A stretch of 40,688 nt of DNA from Candidatus Omnitrophota bacterium. GTDB lineage: Bacteria > Omnitrophota > Omnitrophia > Omnitrophales > Aquincolibacteriaceae. The position numbers were made by a program, and so were the translations under genes. The notes under the pieces are model-generated. The model ran no database searches. It saw only the letters and a program-made list of their open reading frames with translations, and had not been told where the DNA came from. The DNA is taken from positions 1-40,688 of the forward strand of contig JAZDJU010000128.1 of assembly GCA_043803685.1 (NCBI GenBank), given 5' to 3'. Below, piece by piece: positions 27,742-36,200 of the stretch; position 1 is the first letter of the stretch, and each line of letters begins with the position of its first letter.

Positions 27742-29098
27742 AAGCATTCTGCTCGTCGAAGATGACGCGAATTCACGGAAGGGTCTGACTCAGTTCCTGC
27801 AAGGCCTGGATTATGATGTCTTGACCGCTGCGAACGGCAAGGAAGCTCTCGATCTTTTCAAAAAAGAGAACCCCGACCTTGTGATCTCAGATATCCGGAT
27901 GCCTGAAATGGACGGCATCGCGCTCCTGGAATCGATCAAAGCCGCGGCCCCGGCGGCGAAAGTGATACTTCTGACAGCTTACGGTTCCGTGGAAGACGCA
28001 GTCAAGGCTATGAAGAAAGGCGCTTTCTATTATCTGACCAAGCCCATCAATCTCGAAGAGCTCGAATTCCTCGTTAAAAAGGCGTTCAGCAGTCATCAAC
28101 TGGAAGAAGAGAACCGGGAACTCAAGCAGGAACTATTTCGCGAACGTTATGACCAGGGCCGGTTGATCGCTCAGTCTCAAAAAATGAACGAGCTCCTAAA
28201 GACCGTCGACAAGATAGCAGCCTCCAATGCCTCCGTCCTGATCGAAGGAGAGAGCGGTACGGGCAAAGAGCTTATCGCAAGACGCATCCATGAGCTCAGT
28301 TCCCGAAAACAGCATCCTTTTATCGCGGTGCATTGCGCCGCGCTGACAGATACACTTCTCGCGAGTGAACTGTTCGGCCACGAAAAAGGCTCCTTCACGG
28401 GCGCCACGGACCGGAAAAAAGGACGTTTTGAACGTGCACATCTGGGAAGTCTTTTCCTCGACGAGATCGGCGAGATCACCAAAGACACACAGGTGAAGCT
28501 TTTGCGCGTGCTTCAGGAAGGCGAATTCGAGCGCGTGGGCGGGACCAAATCGATCAAGGTCGACGTGCGCCTCATCGCAGCGACCAATAAAACGCTACTG
28601 GATGAAGTCCAACAGCAGCGATTCCGTGAAGACCTCTATTACCGCATCAATGTCATCTACCTGAAGGTTCCGCCTCTTCGGGAACGCAAGGAAGATATCG
28701 CGCCGCTTGTGAATGCCTTTATCCGGCAATATGCCGAGCTCAATGCCAAAAAAATTCGGGGTATTGAAAAAAACGCCCTTGAGGCGCTGGAACAATACAA
28801 CTGGCCCGGAAACATCCGTGAGCTAAAGAACATCGTGGAGCGCATGATCGTCTTGAGCTCTTCCGACATGTTGACCCTGGACCAAGTCCCCGAGGATATC
28901 CGGCAGGGAAAACCCCTTGCTTCCGCGGCAAACGGGAACTCTCAGCTCCAGGGCATTACCAGGATCACGGACGCTGAAAAAGAGCTTATCCAGAAAGCTC
29001 TTCAAGAGACGCACGGCAATAAATCAACCGCCGCAGAAAAACTCGGCATCTCGCGTCGTACTTTGTATAGAAAATTGGAAGAGTACAAGCTTTCTTAA
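27734..29098 (+). CDS. Sigma-54-dependent NtrC/AtoC-family response regulator (bEBP)
   Basis: Receiver LVEDD...SDIRMPEMDG, Walker A GESGTGKE, SELFGHEKGSFTGA (GAFTGA loop variant), FLDEIGE, WPGNIREL, Fis-type HTH AAEKLGISRRTLYRK. Confidence 0.96.
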   Translation: MFESILLVEDDANSRKGLTQFLQGLDYDVLTAANGKEALDLFKKENPDLVISDIRMPEMDGIALLESIKAAAPAAKVILLTAYGSVEDAVKAMKKGAFYYLTKPINLEELEFLVKKAFSSHQLEEENRELKQELFRERYDQGRLIAQSQKMNELLKTVDKIAASNASVLIEGESGTGKELIARRIHELSSRKQHPFIAVHCAALTDTLLASELFGHEKGSFTGATDRKKGRFERAHLGSLFLDEIGEITKDTQVKLLRVLQEGEFERVGGTKSIKVDVRLIAATNKTLLDEVQQQRFREDLYYRINVIYLKVPPLRERKEDIAPLVNAFIRQYAELNAKKIRGIEKNALEALEQYNWPGNIRELKNIVERMIVLSSSDMLTLDQVPEDIRQGKPLASAANGNSQLQGITRITDAEKELIQKALQETHGNKSTAAEKLGISRRTLYRKLEEYKLS

Positions 29099-29113
29099 CG
29101 AAAGGTCGCATTT

Positions 29114-30931
29114 ATGTCCATGAAAGAGCCCAGGGCTAGCCGAGCTTCCCAGGATTGGAGTGTTGTTTTCCAGTCGATCCCTTCTAAATTCAAAAATGAA
29201 GTTGGCAAACAAATAGAGTCTATCTTGGGTCTCGATAGACGTGACGCCAAAGCGATCCTCACGAATGCGCCCCTGGTTTTCCTGGATAATCTCTCCTTTG
29301 AACTTGCAGTTCGCATCAAGATTTATTTTCAGAAGCTCGGTGTGGTCGTGGAAGTGACGAACCATGACATCATCAAAAAGAATTGCTCCCAAGTCTCTTG
29401 GCCTAAAACACCGGATCTTTCCTTTTTCGCATTGGAAGAAACAATGCTGGCTGTGCCCCAAGCTCAGAACGAAATTGAGAAAAGGGAATCCGTGGGAACC
29501 CTGCTGACAAGAACCATGCCCGAAGATTCTGAGATGACGCCTGAAACGCAAATGATCTATGTGACTCCCTTGCCGGCAAAGCCCCATCATGAATTTCAAA
29601 CTGTCGCGCCTCGCGTGGAACCACCCCACTCGGACATTGATGCGGAACTGGAACTCCGCGCGCAAGAAATGGGGGAGAGATTCCGGACACTTCATGAGGA
29701 GAAACAGGCATTACAGACACAGCACGAGGAAGCGATTAACGCTCTGAAGAACGAATCCCAGAGAAGAGTTGCTGAGGAAAAGAAAAGGGGCGAAGAAATC
29801 GCCAAGGTTTGCGAGGATCTGCGTCAGGAAGTCGAAAAATACAAGGCTTTGGCCAATGAAGACGAGGCGCTACGCTCCGAAACCAAATTTCTGGATGAGA
29901 AAGTCCGCGAGCTTGAAATAGCGCTCAAAGAGAAAAATTTCTCAGTGGAGCTTTTGATCCAGCAGAAGGACGAGCTCACCCGACAAGCCGAAAAGACTGC
30001 GAAGGAAACCGATCAGGAGCTTGTGGCTTTGCGAGCCCGCGAGATGGAATTGTCGAGAAAAATTGAGGGGTTGGAGCAAACGGTTCAGCAGGTCACGGTG
30101 TTCCTCAGGACCCGGGACGGTGAGCTTGCCCAAGCCGAGAACCGGCGATTGGAACTTGAAGCGATCCTCAAGAAGAATGCTTCCGCTCTCGAACTTTTGA
30201 CCCGGCAGAAAGAAGAATTCATTCGACAAGCCGAAAAGTCTTTGGAGCAAACTCATCAAGAGCTCGCATCCTTGCGAAACCGTGAGCCAGAGCTGCTCAG
30301 AACGATCGACGGATTGGAAAAGGCGGTGCATCAGACAGCGGAGACTCTTCATACCCGGGAGAACGAACTTGCTCGATCCGGAAAACATCTTTTGGAATTG
30401 GAGACAACTCTTCGGGGAAAGACTTCCGAGGTTGATAGTTTGATGCGCCAGAGAGACGAGCTCGCGAAACAATCCGGCAAGACCTTAGCGGAAGCTCAAC
30501 AAGAGCTGGCAGCCTTGCGAAACCGTGAACCGGAATTGCTCAGGAAGGTCGCGGGTTTGGAGCAAACCGTTCAACAAATGAACGTGTCTCTTCGAACCCG
30601 GGACAATGCGCTTGCGCAATACGAGAACCGGCTCCTGGAGGTTGAGGCTGTCCTCAAGAAGAAGCATTCCGATGTCGAATTTTTGACCCAAGAGAAAGAG
30701 GCGCTCGACCGACGGTTTAGAAAAGCCAGTGCGGATACAGAGGAAGCACTCTCGATTTTGAAAAACAGAGAACTGGAACTGCTTAAGCAGATTGCAAACT
30801 TGGATAAAACAGTTCAGAAAATGACCGCGTCTCTTCGATCCCGGGACATCGTGTTGGCTCAATTTGAGGCGCAGGTCACTAAACTTATCGAAATGTCGGG
30901 CTCCTCACCAAAACGGCCACCCCGCTTTTAG
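29114..30931 (+). CDS. Hypothetical protein: N-terminal ribosomal L7/L12-CTD-like domain, Pro-rich linker, long coiled coil with 4 x 81-aa repeats
   Basis: 605-aa ORF; aa 14-81 align by eye with the L7/L12 CTD pattern; C-terminal half is E/K/L/Q/R-rich with a heptad pattern and internal repeats. Confidence 0.82.
   Translation: MSMKEPRASRASQDWSVVFQSIPSKFKNEVGKQIESILGLDRRDAKAILTNAPLVFLDNLSFELAVRIKIYFQKLGVVVEVTNHDIIKKNCSQVSWPKTPDLSFFALEETMLAVPQAQNEIEKRESVGTLLTRTMPEDSEMTPETQMIYVTPLPAKPHHEFQTVAPRVEPPHSDIDAELELRAQEMGERFRTLHEEKQALQTQHEEAINALKNESQRRVAEEKKRGEEIAKVCEDLRQEVEKYKALANEDEALRSETKFLDEKVRELEIALKEKNFSVELLIQQKDELTRQAEKTAKETDQELVALRAREMELSRKIEGLEQTVQQVTVFLRTRDGELAQAENRRLELEAILKKNASALELLTRQKEEFIRQAEKSLEQTHQELASLRNREPELLRTIDGLEKAVHQTAETLHTRENELARSGKHLLELETTLRGKTSEVDSLMRQRDELAKQSGKTLAEAQQELAALRNREPELLRKVAGLEQTVQQMNVSLRTRDNALAQYENRLLEVEAVLKKKHSDVEFLTQEKEALDRRFRKASADTEEALSILKNRELELLKQIANLDKTVQKMTASLRSRDIVLAQFEAQVTKLIEMSGSSPKRPPRF
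29906..30877 (+). repeat. Four degenerate intragenic 243-bp (81-codon) tandem repeats
   Basis: CTTGCGAAACCGTGA occurs at 30271 and 30514 (243 bp apart); protein units start at 29906, 30149, 30392 and 30635, each with L..L+.RE.EL...L+.R(D/E). Confidence 0.88.
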
Positions 30932-30959
30932 ACACCTTTGACGTTTAGGCACACTTGAA

Positions 30960-30976
30960 TGCATCATAATGGCGCA
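30960..30976. promoter_or_regulatory. Putative bEBP enhancer site resembling the NtrC box
   Basis: TGCATCA-TAA-TGGCGCA versus the NtrC consensus TGCACCA-N3-TGGTGCA (12 of 14 positions). Confidence 0.55.
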
Positions 30977-31016
30977 TGGATTGACTACAAAACTTTTGGC
31001 CGAATAATCTCAGCTA

Positions 31017-31029
31017 TAACCTATTGATT
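31017..31029 (-). promoter_or_regulatory. Putative IHF-binding site
   Basis: The minus strand reads AATCAA-TAGG-TTA, an exact WATCAA-N4-TTR match; an A/T-rich tract lies on its 5' side. Confidence 0.6.
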
Positions 31030-31063
31030 TGAATAAGGTTATGATTAATTTGTTTTTTGTAAG

Positions 31064-31079
31064 TTGGCATGATAATTGA
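31064..31079 (+). promoter_or_regulatory. Putative sigma-54 (-24/-12) promoter of dnaK
   Basis: TTGGCATGATAATTGA versus YTGGCACG-N4-TTGC: GG-N10-GA with correct spacing; the -12 C is replaced by A. Confidence 0.6.
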
Positions 31080-31132
31080 GGAGCATATGTTGAGACTGTC
31101 GTAATGAACGAACATAACAAGGAGAATCAACC

Positions 31133-33064
31133 ATGGCGAAAATCTTAGGAATTGATTTAGGAACGACCAATTCATGTATGGCGATCATTGAGGGGAGCGA
31201 TCCCAAGGTGATCGAAAACAAGGAAGGGAACCGTACGACGCCCTCTATCGTCGCGTTCACCAAGACCGGCGAGCAATTGGTGGGGCAAACGGCAAAGCGC
31301 CAGGCGGTGACAAATCCCGAGAACACGATCTTCAGTGCCAAGCGTTTCATGGGACGTCGCCAGGAAGAGGCCACCCATGAATGCCAACTGGTACCGTTCA
31401 AGGTGAAGGCTGGTAAACACGGCGAAGCGGTTTTCAATATCCCGCAGGAAAAACGGGATTATACGCCGCCGGAGATCTCCGCGAAGATTCTTCAGAAACT
31501 CAAAGCCGACGCGGAAATGTATCTCGGGGAAACTATCACGCAAGCGGTTATTACCGTCCCCGCGTATTTCAACGACTCCCAGCGCCAGGCCACCAAGGAC
31601 GCGGGACAGATCGCGGGCCTCGAAGTGCTGCGAATCATCAATGAACCCACTGCGGCTGCGCTCGCGTACGGCATGGACAAGAAGAAGGATGAAACCATCG
31701 CGGTCTATGACCTCGGCGGCGGAACCTTCGATATTTCCATTCTCGATATCGGCGAGGGCGTCTTTGAAGTCAAAGCCACGAACGGCGACACGCATTTGGG
31801 CGGCGATGACTTTGATCAAAAAGTCATCGATTGGCTCATTGCGGAGTTCAAAAAGACCGATGGCATTGATCTCTCGAAAGATCGCATGGCCATTCAGCGG
31901 CTTAAAGAGGCCGCGGAAAAAGCCAAATGCGAGCTTTCCACTGCCCAAAGCACGGAGATCAATCTGCCGTTCATCACGGCCGATGCCTCAGGACCCAAGC
32001 ATCTGCTTTTGACGCTGACCCGCTCGAAACTCGAACAGTTGGTTGCGGATCTGATCGAGCGCACCGTTGCGCCCTGCTTACAAGCGATGAAAGACGCTGG
32101 CGTAAAACCTGAGGACATCGATGAAGTGATCATGGTGGGTGGCATGACCCGCATGCCCGCCGTGGTCCAAAAAGCGAAGGATCTTTTCAAGAAGGTCCCG
32201 CACCAGGGCGTCAACCCAGATGAAGTCGTGGCCATCGGCGCTGCGATCCAGGGGGGGGTCTTGAAGGGGGATGTGAAGGACATTCTTCTTCTGGACGTGA
32301 CCCCGCTTTCTCTCGGCATTGAAACTCTGGGCGGCATCATGACGAAACTGATCGAGCGCAACACAACGATCCCGACCCGGAAATCGGAGATCTTCTCGAC
32401 GGCGGCGGATAATCAGACCGCTGTCACCGTGAAAGTGCTTCAAGGTGAACGGGAAATGGCCGCGAACAACCGCGTGCTCGGGCTCTTCAATCTGGAAGGC
32501 ATTCCGCCCGCGCCCCGTGGCGTTCCGCAGGTCGAGGTGACGTTCGATATCGACGCGAACGGAATCGTCCACGTGTCGGCCAAGGACCTCGGCACGGGCA
32601 AGGAGCAGAAGATCCGCATCGAATCTTCGTCCGGGCTTTCGAAAGATGAGGTGGAAAAGCTCGTGAAGGAAGGCCAGGCCCACGCGGATGAGGACAAGCA
32701 GAAACACGAGGTCATCACGGCCCGCAACCAGCTCGACAATCTTATCTACGCGACCGAGAAAACGCTGAAAGAACACGGCGACAAAGTCTCGGAAGACGAG
32801 AAAAAGAAGGTCGAGGAGGCATTGAAGGAAGCAAAAACGGCGCTCACGAGCGAATCCAAGGATGAGCTTGAGAAGGCCGCCCAGAAACTCGGCACCGCCT
32901 CGCATACGATCGCGCAAAAGATGTACGAGGAAGCCGCAAAAAAGGCGGGGAATAAAGGCGCAGGCGCGGCTCCCGGCGCGGAAGGTAAGAAGGACGACGG
33001 CGTTGTGGACGCGGATTACGAAGTCGTCGACGACGAGGAAAAGAAGAAGAAAAAAGCAGAGTAA
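31133..33064 (+). CDS. dnaK: Molecular chaperone DnaK (Hsp70)
   Basis: [42 protein letters not shown]-terminal [15 protein letters not shown] Shine-Dalgarno. Confidence 0.99.
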   Translation: MAKILGIDLGTTNSCMAIIEGSDPKVIENKEGNRTTPSIVAFTKTGEQLVGQTAKRQAVTNPENTIFSAKRFMGRRQEEATHECQLVPFKVKAGKHGEAVFNIPQEKRDYTPPEISAKILQKLKADAEMYLGETITQAVITVPAYFNDSQRQATKDAGQIAGLEVLRIINEPTAAALAYGMDKKKDETIAVYDLGGGTFDISILDIGEGVFEVKATNGDTHLGGDDFDQKVIDWLIAEFKKTDGIDLSKDRMAIQRLKEAAEKAKCELSTAQSTEINLPFITADASGPKHLLLTLTRSKLEQLVADLIERTVAPCLQAMKDAGVKPEDIDEVIMVGGMTRMPAVVQKAKDLFKKVPHQGVNPDEVVAIGAAIQGGVLKGDVKDILLLDVTPLSLGIETLGGIMTKLIERNTTIPTRKSEIFSTAADNQTAVTVKVLQGEREMAANNRVLGLFNLEGIPPAPRGVPQVEVTFDIDANGIVHVSAKDLGTGKEQKIRIESSSGLSKDEVEKLVKEGQAHADEDKQKHEVITARNQLDNLIYATEKTLKEHGDKVSEDEKKKVEEALKEAKTALTSESKDELEKAAQKLGTASHTIAQKMYEEAAKKAGNKGAGAAPGAEGKKDDGVVDADYEVVDDEEKKKKKAE

Positions 33065-33073
33065 AAGTTCGAA

Positions 33074-33116
33074 GAACGGGGAGCGTTTTTGCGTATAACG
33101 CAGACGTTCCCCGTTC
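33074..33116 (+). terminator. Long stem-loop after dnaK (partial terminator or mRNA stabiliser)
   Basis: GAACGGGGAGCGTT..TGCGT-ATA-ACGCA-GACGTTCCCCGTTC; followed by AACATTTT rather than an immediate U-tract. Confidence 0.6.
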
Positions 33117-33151
33117 AACATTTCCCGGAAGTAACGAAGGGGGAAAAGTCC

Positions 33152-34021
33152 GTGTTCAACCGCAATTCATCTTTTCTGTTATCCTTGATTTACATCGCAA
33201 GCTTCGCGCCGCTCTGTCTTGCCGCGCCAAATCTCAAGATCGAGTCTCCTAAGAAACAGATCTCTCACGAAGAAAACGCGACCCTCAAAGTCCGCCTCGA
33301 ATGGCCCTTGGCTGAGGGTCCGTACGAGATCAATTCTCTCGAACCCAAACTCGAGAACCTGACCCTTGAAAGCCAGAACCAATCTCAGGAAACGGGAGAG
33401 ACAGTCTCCCAAACCTTTCTTTACACGTTCCGGCCTGTTAAAACCGGAACAGCCCTTATTTATCCTTTTGAGATCAGCTATCGCAAAGCAGACGCGGAAC
33501 CGTGGGCGCCTCTCTTCATTCCGGAGCAGAAGATCACCATTGTCCGAGGATTTCCCTTCAAAGCGATGCTGATTGGTTTGAGCGTCGCAGGAGCTTTCTT
33601 GATCGCGGTCTTCATCGGCTTTAAACAGTGGACGCTTTCGCAGGAACGGGCGGCCGCTAAAAACATGCTGCCGCCTGACCCGAGGCAGCGCGTTTACGCG
33701 AAAGCGGAGGAAGCTATCGCGAATTTCAGCTCTCCCAAGCCTAAGGAAAAAATGGTCCACTGGGCCAACCAATTGCGAACCGTGGTCATGACTTACTACG
33801 ATATCGATTCCAAAACCGCTACCCAGACCGAGATCCTCGCGTTCTTAAAAGCGAAGGAGCTTTCAGCTGGAGAGTGGAACGAGATCTCGAGGCTTTTTGA
33901 GCAGCTGACCGAGATGCAGTTCTCGCGACAGGACATTCCGTCGTACGACCTCGACCGGATGCAAAAGACCCTCTTGCAATATGTAAAGGGCAAGATTATC
34001 ATTGGGAACCCGAATTCTTAA
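33152..34021 (+). CDS. BatD-like exported/membrane protein (signal peptide, Ig-like domain, TM helix, helical C-domain)
   Basis: GTG start with a purine-rich AAGGGGG Shine-Dalgarno; signal-like N-terminus; YTFRPVKTG...IYPFEISY beta-strand pattern; TM segment AMLIGLSVAGAFLIAVFIGF; adjacent to moxR. Confidence 0.7.
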   Translation: MFNRNSSFLLSLIYIASFAPLCLAAPNLKIESPKKQISHEENATLKVRLEWPLAEGPYEINSLEPKLENLTLESQNQSQETGETVSQTFLYTFRPVKTGTALIYPFEISYRKADAEPWAPLFIPEQKITIVRGFPFKAMLIGLSVAGAFLIAVFIGFKQWTLSQERAAAKNMLPPDPRQRVYAKAEEAIANFSSPKPKEKMVHWANQLRTVVMTYYDIDSKTATQTEILAFLKAKELSAGEWNEISRLFEQLTEMQFSRQDIPSYDLDRMQKTLLQYVKGKIIIGNPNS

Positions 34022-34041
34022 CCCTCACTAAGGAGAATTTT

Positions 34042-35031
34042 ATGGATGCCTCGATACAGGAAATCAATTCCAAAGTCCGCGATGCCAGCTCGTCCTTAAA
34101 AGACCTCACTCGTGAAATTGGGCGGGTCATCGTCGGCCAGCAATACCTTGTCGACCGGCTTCTCATGGCCCTCCTGGCGGACGGACATATCCTGATCGAG
34201 GGCGTTCCCGGACTTGCCAAGACACTTTCCGTCAGGACCCTTTCCCAGGCGATCGAGGCCCAATTCCAGCGTATCCAGTTCACTCCCGATCTTTTACCGG
34301 CGGACGTGGTTGGAACTTTGGTCTACAATCCCAAGGACGGTAATTTTACGACAAAAAGGGGCCCGATTTTCACGAATATCGTCCTCGCAGACGAAATCAA
34401 CCGGGCGCCTTCCAAGGTCCAAAGCGCGCTCCTGGAGGCGATGCAGGAGCGTCAGGTCACGATCGGAAACGAGACCTTTACGTTGCCAGTCCCTTTTCTT
34501 GTCCTGGCCACGCAGAATCCCATTGAGCAGGAGGGAACTTATCCGCTTCCGGAAGCTCAAGTGGATCGTTTCATGCTGAAGCTTGTCGTCGGTTATCCGA
34601 GCAAAAAAGAAGAGAAAGAGATCCTGGAACGCATGACAAGCGGAAAGAACATCAAGGTCAATCCGGTGCTCAATATCGAGCGCATCATGGCTCTGCGCCA
34701 GCTGATGCACCAGATCTACATCGACGAGAAAGTGAAAGATTATGTCCTCGATCTCGTCTTCGCGACGCGCGCGCCCCAAGACTACAAACTTGACGACCTG
34801 AAGCCTCTGATCTCTTACGGCGCTTCGCCTCGCGCCAGCATCATGCTGACCCTCGCGGCCAAAGCCCATGCGTTTCTCCAGGGCCGCGGCTACGTGACCC
34901 CCGATGACGTCAAACAGATCGGCGGGGATGTCCTTCGGCACCGCGTCCTTGTGACTTACGAAGCTGAAGCCGAGAACATCACTTCTGATGAGATCGTCAA
35001 AAAGATATTCGATCAGGTCGAAGTTCCGTAA
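34042..35031 (+). CDS. moxR: MoxR-family (MRP subfamily) AAA+ ATPase
   Basis: EGVPGLAKT, RIQFTPDLLPADVVG, ADEINRAPSKVQSALLEAMQE, ATQNPIEQEGTYPLPEAQVDRF, GASPRAS motifs. Confidence 0.95.
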   Translation: MDASIQEINSKVRDASSSLKDLTREIGRVIVGQQYLVDRLLMALLADGHILIEGVPGLAKTLSVRTLSQAIEAQFQRIQFTPDLLPADVVGTLVYNPKDGNFTTKRGPIFTNIVLADEINRAPSKVQSALLEAMQERQVTIGNETFTLPVPFLVLATQNPIEQEGTYPLPEAQVDRFMLKLVVGYPSKKEEKEILERMTSGKNIKVNPVLNIERIMALRQLMHQIYIDEKVKDYVLDLVFATRAPQDYKLDDLKPLISYGASPRASIMLTLAAKAHAFLQGRGYVTPDDVKQIGGDVLRHRVLVTYEAEAENITSDEIVKKIFDQVEVP

Positions 35032-35144
35032 CCTTTCCGAAATCCTAGGGAACGTCTCATGGGCACGAACCCATTTCTCACGAAAATGTGTTGGTTCAGG
35101 ACCGCTACTGCCAGAAGGCTAGAAGTTGGCTTAAAAAACCGTCC

Positions 35145-35303
35145 TCATTGCGAGGAGCCCGAAAGTGCAACGCCTGGATCTCATCCGTTTCTTTATCGAA
35201 ATCCAGTGCTGTCCCAATTCGCCATCAATTCTTTATCGAGAATTGGGACGTGGCAATCTCGCCCAGCAAAAACAAGATTGCTTCGCCTACGGCTCGCAAT
35301 TAC
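35145..35303. repeat. REP/RPE-like palindromic element with an internal two-hairpin insertion
   Basis: Outer arms TCATTGCGAG...CTCGCAATTAC and GCAATCT...AGATTGC; internal hairpins CTGGATCTC/GAAATCCAG and GTCCCAATTC/GAATTGGGAC. Confidence 0.72.
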
Positions 35304-35327
35304 ATTTATCTCTATGAGATCCCCATC

Positions 35328-36200
35328 GTGATCCTTTCAGCGCTTCTCAAAAAAGTCCGGAAGATCGAGATCCGCACGACCCGGTTGGTGAATGACCTCT
35401 TTGGCGGGGAGTACGAATCCGTCTTCAAAGGTCAGGGGATCGAGTTCGCGGACGTCCGGGAATATGTGCCGGGAGACGATATCCGAACGATCGACTGGAA
35501 CGTCACAGCGCGTTCCCAACATCCCTTCGTCAAGAAATTCGTTGAGACACGCGAACTCACAGTCCTTTTCATTGTCGATATGTCTGGCTCACAGTACTTC
35601 GGGTCCGTGGACAAACTCAAATCCGAGATCGCGGCCGAGATCACGGCCATCCTTGCTTTTTCCGCCGTCAAGAACAACGACAAGACCGGGCTTTTGATCG
35701 CCACCGAAGGCGTCGAGAAATTTATCCCCGTTAAGAAGGGGAGGAACCACGCCCTTCGTGTCATCAGGGAAGTCCTCGGTTATCAGCCAAAAAAAAAGGG
35801 AACTCAGCTCGCCGGCGCTCTGGAATATCTATATCGCATTCAGAAGCGGACCTCCGTCATCTTTCTGATCTCAGACTTCATGGACCAAGGGTACGAAAAA
35901 GCGCTGAAGATCCTCAGCCGCAAGCATGACGTGATCGCCATCCATCTCCAGGACCCCCTCGAACAGGCGCTGCCAAAGGTCGGATTGATGGAACTCGTGG
36001 ACCGGGAAACCGGAAAGACGGTGATGGTCGATACAAACTCTTCCGATTTCCGGACGCGATTCCGCGAGACCGCTGAACGGAAACAATCCGCCCTCAAAAA
36101 ACTCTTTAAGAGCCTTCAGATCGATTGCATCGATATTCCGACCAGTACCTCCTACGTCGAACCTCTCTTCAGATTCTTCAAGAGCCGGGAGCGTAAATGA
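35328..36200 (+). CDS. DUF58 family protein (VWA-like partner of MoxR)
   Basis: GEYESVFKGQGIEFADVREYVPGDDIRTIDWNVTAR, VDMSGS, LISDF motifs. GTG at 35328 is preferred, since the upstream ORF extension runs through the repeat element. Confidence 0.93.
   Translation: MILSALLKKVRKIEIRTTRLVNDLFGGEYESVFKGQGIEFADVREYVPGDDIRTIDWNVTARSQHPFVKKFVETRELTVLFIVDMSGSQYFGSVDKLKSEIAAEITAILAFSAVKNNDKTGLLIATEGVEKFIPVKKGRNHALRVIREVLGYQPKKKGTQLAGALEYLYRIQKRTSVIFLISDFMDQGYEKALKILSRKHDVIAIHLQDPLEQALPKVGLMELVDRETGKTVMVDTNSSDFRTRFRETAERKQSALKKLFKSLQIDCIDIPTSTSYVEPLFRFFKSRERK

Noticed and set aside
29906..30877. 243-bp repeats or the intergenic repeats as a CRISPR array
   Set aside because: Repeats are degenerate and coding, or single palindromes; no identical repeat-unique spacer pattern and no cas genes.
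30945..30975. TTAGGCACAC... as a possible CIRCE (HrcA operator) upstream of dnaK
   Set aside because: Only a loose match to the left arm TTAGCACTC; no GAGTGCTAA right arm at N9.
31172..33121. Long minus-strand ORFs (258 and 347 aa) antisense to dnaK
   Set aside because: Shadow ORFs produced by the codon bias of dnaK, a well-known source of spurious annotations; no independent motifs.
35088..35327. 80-aa N-terminal extension of the DUF58 ORF
   Set aside because: It runs through the palindromic repeat; family-like sequence begins at GTG 35328. An RPE-style coding insertion is not excluded but lacks a Shine-Dalgarno or other support.
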